Shown here: piece after piece, positions 54,536 to 64,000 of the stretch
How the letters are laid out: the number at the start of each line of letters is the position of its first letter
Position numbering within the stretch: position 1 is the stretch's first letter
Assembly (NCBI GenBank): GCA_009691765.1
Contig: SIAO01000002.1
Coordinates: forward strand, 154,415-218,414
Reading direction: 5' to 3'
DNA from: Planctomycetota bacterium
GTDB taxonomy: Bacteria; Planctomycetota; GCA-002687715
DNA: 64,000 bases
Position numbers and translations under genes: made by a program
The notes under the pieces: model-generated
The model's input: only the letters and a program-made list of their open reading frames with translations
Database searches by the model: none
What the model was told of the DNA's origin: nothing

Positions 54536-57535
54536 ATGCCATTCCGTATTGCCCTACTCCTACTTGCTCTCTGGACCTGCGGCTTGGCGCAAGACGCCGC
54601 AGCCCTCGCAGAGAAACTCCCGAAGTGCGCCGCCGTGGTGCTCGATGGCAGCCAGCTATTCCTTCAAGCCCCGAACGCCACCAGATTCGTAGTTCGCAGC
54701 GTGACCGCGGAAGGCGCCGCGGTGGTCGAAGCCAAACAGCGCGCAGTGAATGTCGACGCAGACTTGTTGCATGCCGATGCAAGCGCCGCGCTCAACATGC
54801 TGGAGCAACTCGTCACGCAGGCGACGAAAGATGGCGTCGATGGAGCGCTGCGGCTGCGCTCGGTCCCGTTGGTTGGCCCGCACCTGAGTAGCGGTACAGC
54901 TTGGGTGCTGCCGGAAGGCGTTGCGAAAAAACAGCCGGGCTCCTCGCCCGCAACGCGCCTAGCTTTGGCCGACGCTGTGAAGCCCTTGGAAAGTCGTGTG
55001 AAATCCCTCGAAGTCACTCCTGCTGGGCAACAGGCCGTCAGTCAGCTCCTCGCGATGCTCACGGAAGACGAAACCACGGATTCTTTCCTCAAGCCGCCGT
55101 TCGCGCGGGCGCTCGTGCGTGGTGGTTGGCTGCGGACGCTGCCGCAATTGGATGCAGAAGCTCGGCGTCTCGAAACGGCACTCGCCGCCGCTGAAGCGCT
55201 CCGCCCGAAACTCATGTGGGTGGGTAAAGGCATCCGCGTCGCCGAACTCACCAACGCCTTCGGTGCCAGTGGCTGGACGTTGCAAACGCCGCTGCGCAGT
55301 GGTTACGCACGCGTGCTGCCGAAACCAGGATTCGACCCGGCCTGCCCCGAACTTTCTTTGGTTGTGAGCTTGCCGGCTGGCAGCGACCCACTCAAAGACG
55401 CAGCCAAGGCTACGAATGCTGAAGTGCTGTTCGACGGCATGGTGTTGGCGCGCTGGTCTGCCGCAGGCTTGGTCGCTGACAGCGACACATGGCGCAAGAC
55501 GGTTGCGCAACACTCGCTGCGCACGCCGGGTATCGCGAAAGGTTTTTTGCCGCCGCACATTCCGCTCTTCGATCTTGACGGCACACTTCACAAGCTCATC
55601 ACCGCGCATGGTGTCCTTGATATGGCTGAGGCCAAGAACTCCGCTGCGTTCCTCAACGCTGCTGCGAAGGTCCTGCCCGACGTAGGACACATGGACCTCT
55701 TGGGTGAGTGCATGTTCACCTATGTGCTCGACAGCCCAGACCCACGCTTCCCGTTGCTCGTGGGTACCGACAAAGTGCAAGGAGAGATTCACCAAACCGT
55801 CGCGCAAACACTCGCGACCACCAGTGGTGGCATTTGTCGCGGCGACTGCGACGACATCGCCGAGCTCTATCAAGAAGTTGCGCTGCGTCAGGGCAAGCTC
55901 GCTCACATCGCGAATCTCCCAGGCCATGCTGCGTGCTTCTGGGTGGACAAACTCGAAGACGGCGGCTTCGTCGCACATGTGTTGCAGACGGGACCGCCGA
56001 TGTCTTTCGCTGCCAAGACCGTGCCGGAAGCGTTACGCGCCGCGTACACCGAGTTTGGTATCGCTGACAATTTCGATCCCGATCAAATCGCCGTCGCCAT
56101 CCGCTTCAACGGCGAAAACCAACGCAGCACTTGGGTTCTTGGCTGGCGCATCTTCACAGAGAAGGACTACGCCACAGCCATGATCGATGTGCAGCGCGAT
56201 TGGCATTTCCACACGTTCAGGCGCGGCATTGTGAAAATGGAAGCGATGGTGGCAGGCGGCGACAAAGATCCCGCCAACGAGCGCGAGCTCGTGGGTTTGT
56301 GCGAAGCCACTGCGCAGTGGTCTGCAGCGGTAGAACATGTGAAGCGCGCGCAAGCTGCCGGGGATCCAACATTCACCTTGGCCACGCGCCTCATCGCAGA
56401 TCTCTTTGAATCCGGGCAGCGCGATGCAGCCCAAGCGGCCGTCGAAGCGCTGCTCACAACAGACCTCCCTGCAGCGGCGAAATCCCTCGGCCTCGGCATG
56501 ACGTCGGTCGGGTTTCAGTTGGCTGGCACCGTCCTTGCGAGCGGTCGTGATCCTGCGTTGGCGGCGCGCTGCTTGGACAGCACATGCACGGCGCAAGTGC
56601 AACGCTTGATCACCCAGCTCGGCGGTTTCATTCGCAGCAATCGTTTCAACGCCGAAGCGTGGAAACACGATGGCACGATGGTGGAACTGAGGCGTCTGAT
56701 TCGCACCTATGTCAGTCTCGGGTGCGGCATCCTCGAAGATGCGCCGAGCCTCTTGGCCGATGCCAACCCAGCGGCCACGCGCATTTCGCAACAAGTCGAG
56801 CAGTGGCTCGCCACCATCGCGTTTCGCGACTTCGATGAGCCTGCTGAACTCTTAGATCGTTATGCAGATGCAGGGCGTTACGCCGCCATCGCCCTTGGCA
56901 ACGAGCGTTTCCATTCGATGTTGCAACGCGGCGAATGGCCAACGCAATTGCCGACGGAACCATGGACGCGCAGTGCAGGCGTCGCACAGCTCACACAAGA
57001 TGCCGCCTTCGTGCGCATGGCGCCGTCCTGGTACGGACAACAACTCTTGAATCAGTTCGGCACCGGCCGCAAGACCTATGACGCCGCGTTGGTGCAACGC
57101 TTGTGGAAGGGCATGGAGAGCGCTCGCACTGCGGCGCGCAAGCTCGGGCTGGAGAGCCGCGTGATGGATCAACTGATGGCCAGTTGCCGCGTGATGGCCA
57201 ACGCCGCCCTCAAAGACAAAGCAGGACTCAAGGCAGCGTTGATTGCAGTGGCGCAGCAAAACGACAAGCATCTGCGCGACCAAGTCGTGGCGTGGATGGG
57301 CCAGTCCGCGCGCTTCTTCGACACCGTTTGGTTCGGCGAGATGCTGACCGTGTTCGACGCTGAAATTCACTACAAACCCAGCTATTTCGAGATCGCTTGG
57401 AAGGCTGCGCAAGGTGGGGCCATTCCACACGCTTTGTTGGCCGCAGACCTCGCAGAGAAGCGCTTCGGCGACGATCCGACTTTCCGCGAAGAAGCCGCAT
57501 GGTTGCGGGCTCTGCTCGGTCCGAAGAAACCTTGA
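54536..57535 (+). CDS. secreted 999-aa hypothetical protein
   Basis: Signal peptide MPFRIALLLLALWTCGLAQDA. It is a long ORF with consistent codon usage and no recognisable catalytic motif. Confidence 0.55.
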   Translation: MPFRIALLLLALWTCGLAQDAAALAEKLPKCAAVVLDGSQLFLQAPNATRFVVRSVTAEGAAVVEAKQRAVNVDADLLHADASAALNMLEQLVTQATKDGVDGALRLRSVPLVGPHLSSGTAWVLPEGVAKKQPGSSPATRLALADAVKPLESRVKSLEVTPAGQQAVSQLLAMLTEDETTDSFLKPPFARALVRGGWLRTLPQLDAEARRLETALAAAEALRPKLMWVGKGIRVAELTNAFGASGWTLQTPLRSGYARVLPKPGFDPACPELSLVVSLPAGSDPLKDAAKATNAEVLFDGMVLARWSAAGLVADSDTWRKTVAQHSLRTPGIAKGFLPPHIPLFDLDGTLHKLITAHGVLDMAEAKNSAAFLNAAAKVLPDVGHMDLLGECMFTYVLDSPDPRFPLLVGTDKVQGEIHQTVAQTLATTSGGICRGDCDDIAELYQEVALRQGKLAHIANLPGHAACFWVDKLEDGGFVAHVLQTGPPMSFAAKTVPEALRAAYTEFGIADNFDPDQIAVAIRFNGENQRSTWVLGWRIFTEKDYATAMIDVQRDWHFHTFRRGIVKMEAMVAGGDKDPANERELVGLCEATAQWSAAVEHVKRAQAAGDPTFTLATRLIADLFESGQRDAAQAAVEALLTTDLPAAAKSLGLGMTSVGFQLAGTVLASGRDPALAARCLDSTCTAQVQRLITQLGGFIRSNRFNAEAWKHDGTMVELRRLIRTYVSLGCGILEDAPSLLADANPAATRISQQVEQWLATIAFRDFDEPAELLDRYADAGRYAAIALGNERFHSMLQRGEWPTQLPTEPWTRSAGVAQLTQDAAFVRMAPSWYGQQLLNQFGTGRKTYDAALVQRLWKGMESARTAARKLGLESRVMDQLMASCRVMANAALKDKAGLKAALIAVAQQNDKHLRDQVVAWMGQSARFFDTVWFGEMLTVFDAEIHYKPSYFEIAWKAAQGGAIPHALLAADLAEKRFGDDPTFREEAAWLRALLGPKKP

Positions 57536-57574
57536 AGCAGCGGCACTATGATCTGCCTCCCCTACGGAGGCCCC

Positions 57575-59773
57575 ATGATCATCCGCACTGCCCTGTTGCT
57601 GTTGCCCTTGATGCTGCTCGCGTTCGCGCAAGATGCGATCAAGATCGAATCCGCGTCCGCTGCTCGCAATCCGCTCGACGGCTTGGGAGCTGGCGTTGTA
57701 TGGGCCTGTTCCGATCCGGAGCTGCTGCCTGAAGGCTCGAATCAAGCCGAGACTCGCAAAAGCGCCACGGCCAACAAAGGCTTTGATCGCACGAAGGCTC
57801 TTGATGACGCGCTGGCTCGTGCGAAGGCCGAGAACAAAGTGGTGTTTTGGTATTGCCCGCGCGTGACGGCAGGGCTGCAAGGGCGACAGATGTACCGCCC
57901 GGCGATTCTCGACAACTATGCGCTCGCAACTTGGTTCAGCGATCCGGAGTGCGTGGCCATGCTGAATCGCCGCACCATCGCCGTGCGACTCACCTGTGAT
58001 GCTGCTTTGGGCAAACGCTTCGACATCACTGGGCCGGAGCGTGTGGAACCCATGATCGCCATTCTGAAAACCGATGGCACGATCGCGTTACTGAAAGATG
58101 GTCTGCGTACTTTCAACACCGGCTGGTTCGAACATTTCCTCAGCGACGCGTTGAGCGCCGCAGGCGCAACGGGGCCTTCAACCGAAACTGGTGCAGCGCT
58201 GCAAGCGTTGAAAGAGGGCAAGGGCTCAGATCTCGCAGTCGCACAAGCGTGGTTGGCCGATGGCGCTCTCGCCAAAGCGCAAACCGCGCTGCCGTCATTT
58301 TTTTCCGGGATTTCGACAGCCAAGGTGACGGAAGCCGACGACGGCGTGGCCCTGGTGCGCGCTGCGGTGCTTCGCCGCTTGGGCGATCCAGCCGCAGCGC
58401 TCACTGCGCTTGCTGCATTGGAAAAACCGGGCGCCGCGGTGCGCCTCGAACGCGCGCGTTCGCTGCTCTTGCTGCGCAATCTCGACGAAGCGCTGGAAGA
58501 ACTGACGAGCGTGCGTCGTGGGCGAGACCAAACTGAAGCGCACTGGTTGCGCGCTGTTTGTCAGCATTTCCTGCGCAACGACACCATGGCGGAGCACGAG
58601 TGGCGCCAAGCCGCCGCGGGCCCGGAAGACAACAGTTTCACAGCGCGCGCTGCTGCCTGCGTCATGGATGGCCGTGACCTCACACCGGTGGGGCCCATGC
58701 CGCATGGGTTTGAAGACCCCTTCCCCGTTCGCATGCCACACAATGCCGCCGCAAGCGGAACATCCATGCCGCGCCCTGTGAAAGATGCTCGCGCCATCGC
58801 GCCAGATGCGCTGCACTACTTGCTGAGCTTGCAACGTGAGAACGGCGGATGGACTGATAGCCGCTATGCCTACTGGCCAACGCCCGACTTAACCCCCAAC
58901 GCTTGGATGGCAGCAACGGCCTTGAGCATGGCGGCGTTACTGGAATGGCGTGACGTTGCTCCGGATCGCGTCGAGCGCGCTTTGGAAATTGGCGAGCGCT
59001 ACTTGTTTGACGAGCGCAAGATGAATCGTGGCAGCAACGAAGAAATCTATGCCGACGCTTATCGGCTGCTGTATCTCACCAAGAAACACGCGCGCGCCAC
59101 TTCCGACAGCGACAAGGCTGCAACCATGGAGCGCATGAAGGCGGTGACTGGTGAACTTGCGCGCACCCAGACGACCGGCAAAGCCAAGGGCTTCTGGGCT
59201 CACGAGTATTCGAATCCATTTTCGACCGGCGCGGTGATGGACATCTTGTTGCAAGCACGCGATGCGGGTGTGCCCATCGCACCTTCGCTGTTACACGACG
59301 GCGCAGAGGCGCTGCTATCGACACGCTCAAAGACCGGGGCCTTCGCTTACGGAGCAGGCCGTCCACCCGGCGACAGCGAAGAAGCCGCGAAGAACAGCAT
59401 GACACGCGCTGCGATCTGTGAAGCGGCCATTCTGCGCTCGGGCCACCAGCAAGGCAGTGCAGAGAAACTCGAGGCCGCCATCAGCACTTTCTGGAAATTC
59501 CAGCCACGGCTCGAACGAGTGCGGCGCTGCGATTTCCACACAGATGGCGAATTGGCGGGCTTCTTCTTCTGGCACTCGCTCTACCACACGAGCAATGCCA
59601 TGGCGGCCGCACCCGCTGCAAGCGCCGCAAGTCACAAAGCGAAGCTGCTCGAGTACCTCGTGACTCTGCAAGAGATCGACGGCTCATTCCTCGACAGTCA
59701 TGAAATGGGCAAAGCTGTCGGCACGGCCTATGGCTTGCTCACCCTCGCCAATCTGCTGCAAGCGCAGAACTGA
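57575..59773 (+). CDS. secreted thioredoxin-like-fold + TPR-like + prenyltransferase/squalene-oxidase-repeat (alpha/alpha toroid) protein
   Basis: Trimmed to MIIRTALLLLPLMLLAFAQDA (signal). The N-terminal thioredoxin-fold-like region lacks CxxC. The C-terminal part has G-W-rich helical repeats (ENGGWTDSRYAYWPTPDLTPNAW; GFWAHEYSNPFSTGAV; DGSFLDSHEMG). Confidence 0.55.
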   Translation: MIIRTALLLLPLMLLAFAQDAIKIESASAARNPLDGLGAGVVWACSDPELLPEGSNQAETRKSATANKGFDRTKALDDALARAKAENKVVFWYCPRVTAGLQGRQMYRPAILDNYALATWFSDPECVAMLNRRTIAVRLTCDAALGKRFDITGPERVEPMIAILKTDGTIALLKDGLRTFNTGWFEHFLSDALSAAGATGPSTETGAALQALKEGKGSDLAVAQAWLADGALAKAQTALPSFFSGISTAKVTEADDGVALVRAAVLRRLGDPAAALTALAALEKPGAAVRLERARSLLLLRNLDEALEELTSVRRGRDQTEAHWLRAVCQHFLRNDTMAEHEWRQAAAGPEDNSFTARAAACVMDGRDLTPVGPMPHGFEDPFPVRMPHNAAASGTSMPRPVKDARAIAPDALHYLLSLQRENGGWTDSRYAYWPTPDLTPNAWMAATALSMAALLEWRDVAPDRVERALEIGERYLFDERKMNRGSNEEIYADAYRLLYLTKKHARATSDSDKAATMERMKAVTGELARTQTTGKAKGFWAHEYSNPFSTGAVMDILLQARDAGVPIAPSLLHDGAEALLSTRSKTGAFAYGAGRPPGDSEEAAKNSMTRAAICEAAILRSGHQQGSAEKLEAAISTFWKFQPRLERVRRCDFHTDGELAGFFFWHSLYHTSNAMAAAPAASAASHKAKLLEYLVTLQEIDGSFLDSHEMGKAVGTAYGLLTLANLLQAQN

Positions 59774-59839
59774 GAGCACGCAGAAGCAGCAAACCAACGA
59801 CGATAGAAGGCGCACGCGCTTTAGGCTACTCTGCGCCCC

Positions 59840-61297
59840 GTGACGCCGCAGCAGGCGACCTCAATGCCGTCCGCCGAATTTTTTGCAGCTCTGCGCTCCA
59901 TCATCGGGCCTGAACGGTGCATCACCGACCCCGGCCTGCTGCTGGCGTACGAGTGCGATGGCATCACGCACCTGCGCACCACACCCAGCGCTGCGGTGCT
60001 GCCCGAATCGCGTGAAGAAGTGCAAGCACTCGTCAGGTTGTGTGCAACGCATGGCGTTCCCATCACAGGTCGGGGCGCAGGCACTTGCTTGTCTGGAGGC
60101 GCAACGGCAAGTGCCGGCGGCATTCTCGTGGTCTTCACGCGCATGAAGCGCATTTTGAAAGTGGATGCTGCGAACCGCCTTGTTGTGGTCGAGCCCGGCG
60201 TCGTGAACGCGCGACTGTCAGAAACACTGCGCCCCCTCGGTTTGGCCTACATGCCAGACCCGTCCAGCCAGACCGCCTGCACGCTTGGTGGCAATGTCGG
60301 CGAGAACAGCGGCGGGCCGCACTGCATCAAACATGGCGCCACTTCAGCCAGCGTCCTAGCGCTCGAAGTTGTCTTGCCAGACGGCAGCGTCGTCAACTGC
60401 GGGCACGCTCGCGGCCGCACCGCAGCGCCCGATTTGCGTGGACTCATCGTAGGTTCTGAAGGCACGCTTGGCCTTGTCACGGCCATCACTCTGCACCTTG
60501 AACGCATTCCCCGCCACGAACTAACTCTGCTGGCTTCGTACCGCGACATGCGCTCTGCCTGCGAAGGCGTGAGCGCCGTCATTGCCGCCGGCATCCTTCC
60601 CTCAGCACTCGAAGCCCTCGATGATCGCACCATTGCTGCGCTGGAAGCGAGCGGCAAGCCCTCTGGCTACCCGCGCGATGCTGCTGCGGTGTTGTTGCTC
60701 GAGTTCGACGGAGAAGCCAGCGCCGTGCGCGCCGAAGCAGAAGCTGCTTCTGCGCTCTTGCGCAATGCCGGTGCCATCACCCTTGAAGAGGCCACGGACT
60801 CAGAACAGCGCAAGCGCTTGTGGAAAGGACGCAAGGGAGCTTTCGGCGCCATGGGCCGCCTTGCGCCAGACCTGTACGTCATGGACACGGTGGTGCCGCG
60901 CTCGAAGTTGGCAGAGGTGTTGCCGCAAATCGGTCGCATCTGCGATCAGTTGGGCCTGCGCCTCGCCAATGTGTTTCATGCAGGTGAAGGGAACCTGCAT
61001 CCCAACATCAGTTACGACGGACGTAATCCTGACGAAGTGAAGCGCGTCATCGAAGCCGGACACCAAATCGTGGAACTGTGTTTGGCCGCAGGCGGAGTTC
61101 TCAGCGGCGAGCACGGCATCGGCACGGAGAAGCGCGATTACATGCCGCTGATGTTCGGAGCCGACAGCCTGAGCGCCATGAGAGATTTGCGCGAAGTGTT
61201 CGATCCGCAAACACTCTTCAACCCCGACAAGCTGTTGCCCACACCACGTATCTGCGCCGAATCCGGGTTCCCGGGAAAACCGAGAACACGGCCGTGA
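59840..61297 (+). CDS. glcD: glycolate oxidase FAD-linked subunit GlcD
   Basis: 485-aa ORF with an FAD_binding_4 domain (GRGAGTCLSGGA) and a C-terminal FAD-oxidase domain (EHGIGTEK). Confidence 0.85.
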   Translation: MTPQQATSMPSAEFFAALRSIIGPERCITDPGLLLAYECDGITHLRTTPSAAVLPESREEVQALVRLCATHGVPITGRGAGTCLSGGATASAGGILVVFTRMKRILKVDAANRLVVVEPGVVNARLSETLRPLGLAYMPDPSSQTACTLGGNVGENSGGPHCIKHGATSASVLALEVVLPDGSVVNCGHARGRTAAPDLRGLIVGSEGTLGLVTAITLHLERIPRHELTLLASYRDMRSACEGVSAVIAAGILPSALEALDDRTIAALEASGKPSGYPRDAAAVLLLEFDGEASAVRAEAEAASALLRNAGAITLEEATDSEQRKRLWKGRKGAFGAMGRLAPDLYVMDTVVPRSKLAEVLPQIGRICDQLGLRLANVFHAGEGNLHPNISYDGRNPDEVKRVIEAGHQIVELCLAAGGVLSGEHGIGTEKRDYMPLMFGADSLSAMRDLREVFDPQTLFNPDKLLPTPRICAESGFPGKPRTRP

Positions 61298-62511
61298 GCA
61301 CACCAGACCCAACCACACTCTTCACTTCGATTGTGGGCAGTGCAGGGGTTTCGCACACCGATGCTGGCCCGCTCGCGCAAAGGCACATGACCGAGGTCAC
61401 TCCGGCCAGCCGTGCGGAATGCGTTGAGATTGTGCGCGCCGCGCACCGCGAACGCATCGCACTGTTTGTTCGCGGCAGTGGCAGTGAACTGCGCTTGTCC
61501 GAATACGCCAGTCCCGCAGCATTGCTGTGCACAACACGCTTGGATCAAGTGATCGAGCACGCCGAGGGCGATCTCACATTCAGCGCCGAAGCGGGACTCA
61601 GCCTCAACGCGGCGCAAGCGTTGCTGCGTCCTCATGGTCAAAGACTTGCGCTGGCACCGCGCGCGCCCAGTGCGACTCTCGGCGGCATCATGGCGCGTGC
61701 AGCCGATGGTTGGACTCGCAAGAGCTGCGGGTTGGTGCGCGATCAAATCCTTGGCTGCGAAGTGGTGCTTGGCGATGGGCGCGTTGTTCATTCTGGCGGG
61801 CGCGTGGTGAAAAACGTCTCGGGCTTCGATTTGTGCCGATTGTTCACAGGAGCGCGTGGCGCTTGGGGCGTCGTGCTCTCGCTCACCCTGCGCTTGCGAG
61901 CCGTGCCGCAGCAACGTCGTGTGAGCCTTCACGCCGCATCAGATCTCGCGGCAGCATTTGCAACGGCGCACGCGCTGAATGCTTCCCTACCCGACGCAGA
62001 AGTCGTGCGCGTCCGCGTTGTGAACGCAGCCCATGGGACAACCTACGCTGTCTTGCTTTCACTCGCTGGTCCCGCCGCACGTGTCGAAGAAGCCGTCGCA
62101 AGCGCCGATGATTTAGCTGGATCCGCTACGGAGCTTGCGCTCGCAGCATTGCATGATGGCGGTACACCGCAATGTGTCGTCGAAGTGCTGCCCGCAGACA
62201 CCGCAGCTGCAACGCGCGCGCTGCTGGCGTATGGCGCGGGCGGCGTCATCGATGCTGATGTGGCCACGGGCACAGTGGAGTTCATGGCGCCTCGCGCGCC
62301 AGAATGGGATCCAACCGCGTTGAGTGCTCTTGCGCACGAACTGCGTGGACTCGAACCGCTTGTTTCCTTTCCCGCACATCCAGAGTCGCTGCGCTGGCAA
62401 CGCGCTGAGTTCGGCGCCGTGGATGCGGCAAACGCAGCGTTGTTACGGCGTTTGGCGCAACGCTTCGATCCGCGAGGAATCTTTGAGCCAGGGTTGCACT
62501 CATGGAAGTGA
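61294..62511 (+). CDS. glcE: glycolate oxidase FAD-binding subunit GlcE
   Basis: An FAD-binding PCMH-type domain (VRGSGSEL, GDGRVVHSGGRVVKNVSGFDL) sits inside the +1-frame ORF 61078..62511. A GTG start overlapping the glcD stop (GTGA) was chosen. Confidence 0.7.
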   Translation: MSTPDPTTLFTSIVGSAGVSHTDAGPLAQRHMTEVTPASRAECVEIVRAAHRERIALFVRGSGSELRLSEYASPAALLCTTRLDQVIEHAEGDLTFSAEAGLSLNAAQALLRPHGQRLALAPRAPSATLGGIMARAADGWTRKSCGLVRDQILGCEVVLGDGRVVHSGGRVVKNVSGFDLCRLFTGARGAWGVVLSLTLRLRAVPQQRRVSLHAASDLAAAFATAHALNASLPDAEVVRVRVVNAAHGTTYAVLLSLAGPAARVEEAVASADDLAGSATELALAALHDGGTPQCVVEVLPADTAAATRALLAYGAGGVIDADVATGTVEFMAPRAPEWDPTALSALAHELRGLEPLVSFPAHPESLRWQRAEFGAVDAANAALLRRLAQRFDPRGIFEPGLHSWK

Positions 62512-63734
62512 CACAAAGCCGCGACACGCAACTCGCTGGAATGCAAGAAGCCCTCGCCTGCGTGCACTGCGGTTTGTGCACGCAGTATTGCCCCACATAC
62601 CTAGTCACTGGACGCGAAACGGCGAACCCCCGCGGACGCTTGTGGACCATGCGCGCCCTTGGCGAAGGTCGTCTCGAACCCACACCTGCGGTTCTCGCAG
62701 AACTCGACAGTTGTCTTGTTTGCAGAGCGTGCGAAAGCGTGTGTCCAAGTTCTGTGCAATACGGCGATGTCCTTGGCGCGTTCCGCGAGCGCACACGCAA
62801 GCGCGGATTTTGGCGACGTCAAAGCTTCAAGGTGCTGGAGCATCCGGCGTTACTACGTGCCCTCGCCACTTTGCTGCGTTGCTGGCAACGGTCGCCATTG
62901 CGCATGCTGCGCTCCTTGCTGCCGCAACGACTGCGCCGCATGGAGGATTACTTGCCGCCGGTGCCGCCGACAACTGAGCGCCAACCGCTTCCAGCGCTGA
63001 CTCCCGCTGTTGGAACACGGCGAGGTGTCGTCGGTGTCCTCGAGGGCTGCGTCATGAGCGTGCTCTTCGCCGATGTCAATCGCGACACGGTGCTCTTGCT
63101 CACCCACGCTGGCTATGACGTGTGCGTGCCACGCGGCCAAGGTTGCTGCGGAGCGTTGCACGAACACGATGGCGACTTGCAAGGCGCGCGGCGCTTGTTG
63201 CAGCGCAATGCCACGGCATTCGCGGCGCAGCCTCTCGATGCGATTGTCATGAACAGCAGCGGCTGCGGCGCGGCGTTTCACGATGCGCGGCGTCACCTTG
63301 GCGCTGCTGGCAATGAACTCAGCCACCTCAGCGTGGATGCGCAACGTTTCCTAGTAGATCACGGCGCGGCACTCCGCTTTCGTCCCCATGCAGGCCGTGT
63401 GACTTCCGATGCGCCCTGCCATCTGCACTACGCGCAAAACGAAACCAGTGCACCGTTGCAGTTGCTGCGCCGCGTTCCAGGACTGCAAGTGGTGGAAATG
63501 CCTGACGCAGCGTTGTGCTGTGGCGCCGCTGGGGTCTACAACCTCGATCATCCTGTGATGGCCGCAGCGATTCTCTCCGGCAAGCTCGACAGCCTTGCAG
63601 CCACGGGCGCCAACATCTTGCTCAGCAGCAATCCTGGTTGCATCTTGCAATGGCGTAACGGCATCACGGAACGCGGCCTCAACGTCGAAGTGCTGCACCC
63701 TCTCACATTTCTTGCTAGGTTGTTGTCCGCATGA
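62502..63734 (+). CDS. glcF: glycolate oxidase iron-sulfur subunit GlcF
   Basis: Two 4Fe-4S ferredoxin-type Cys clusters (CVHCGLCTQYCP; CLVCRACESVCP) plus C-terminal CCG domains (CCGALHE; CCGAAG). Confidence 0.85.
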   Translation: MEVTQSRDTQLAGMQEALACVHCGLCTQYCPTYLVTGRETANPRGRLWTMRALGEGRLEPTPAVLAELDSCLVCRACESVCPSSVQYGDVLGAFRERTRKRGFWRRQSFKVLEHPALLRALATLLRCWQRSPLRMLRSLLPQRLRRMEDYLPPVPPTTERQPLPALTPAVGTRRGVVGVLEGCVMSVLFADVNRDTVLLLTHAGYDVCVPRGQGCCGALHEHDGDLQGARRLLQRNATAFAAQPLDAIVMNSSGCGAAFHDARRHLGAAGNELSHLSVDAQRFLVDHGAALRFRPHAGRVTSDAPCHLHYAQNETSAPLQLLRRVPGLQVVEMPDAALCCGAAGVYNLDHPVMAAAILSGKLDSLAATGANILLSSNPGCILQWRNGITERGLNVEVLHPLTFLARLLSA

Positions 63735-64000
63735 TTGCTCCCGCCCCACGCCTTTTGGTTTTCGACATGGACGGCACGCTCACCGACACCCTGCCGGTAA
63801 TGGTGGAGACCATGAACCGCTCCATTCGAGCGGTTCTTGGCGCCGCTCCGCCCGATGAAGCTCTGGTGCGCGAAGGCCTCGGAATAGAACTGCTTTCCAC
63901 GGTTCAGGCCTTGTTGCCGACGCATTCCCCGCGCCAGCACGATGACGTCGTGGAACACTACTGCGCAAGCTATCGCGCTGTAGAAGCGGAACTCGGCCTG
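63731..64000 (+). CDS. HAD-superfamily hydrolase (phosphoglycolate phosphatase-like), 3'-truncated by the window edge
   Basis: MIAPAPRLLVFDMDGTLTDT carries HAD motif I (DxDGT). The ATG overlaps the glcF stop (ATGA). The local sequence text is ambiguous by 1 nt. Confidence 0.55.
   Translation, partial: MIAPAPRLLVFDMDGTLTDTLPVMVETMNRSIRAVLGAAPPDEALVREGLGIELLSTVQALLPTHSPRQHDDVVEHYCASYRAVEAELGL

Overview
High-GC (~65%) bacterial chromosomal segment. Two long co-directional gene arrays dominate it. The first is a 14-gene minus-strand housekeeping array (psd-pssA-folK-panC-ispE-DUF2520-aroDE-aroK-dapE-asd-lysC-dapB-dapA-dapD, ~5.0-17.6 kb). The second is an ~18-kb plus-strand MoxR/DUF58/VWA 'Bat-like' envelope cluster (19.4-37.4 kb) that is expanded with a 1459-aa PQQ-type beta-propeller protein, a prenyltransferase/terpene-cyclase-like alpha/alpha-toroid protein, a two-TM-anchored 770-aa protein and a 937-aa Ala/Glu/Gln-rich coiled-coil protein. 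The remainder carries eno-ftsB, rlmI, gcdH-lysA, a LarE-like PP-loop enzyme, prolyl oligopeptidase, BI-1, adenosine deaminase, Mpg, a Gfo/Idh/MocA + TIM-barrel isomerase + MFS module, several giant secreted proteins, and glcDEF plus a HAD phosphatase at the right edge. The aroD-aroE fusion and the many giant secreted prenyltransferase-repeat, thioredoxin-like and beta-propeller proteins point loosely to the Planctomycetota/Verrucomicrobiota (PVC) group; I cannot confirm the taxon without a search. The most notable single observation is that the ORF track splits a methionine sulfoxide reductase A gene at an in-frame TGA that sits exactly at the catalytic-Cys position (ATFAMG-TGA-FWG). An 8-bp GC-rich hairpin with a GUU apical loop lies 12 nt downstream of that TGA, so this is a selenocysteine-containing MsrA. 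Immediately upstream is a ~1.3-kb low-GC (~50%) islet whose two genes (a TylF/MycF-like SAM methyltransferase and a hemerythrin) each carry an in-frame stop and look like decaying, horizontally acquired pseudogenes. I found no tRNA, rRNA, CRISPR array or IS element. Gene starts were adjusted from the six-frame track by homology and are accurate to about +/-1 codon; the track accepts GTG/TTG starts.
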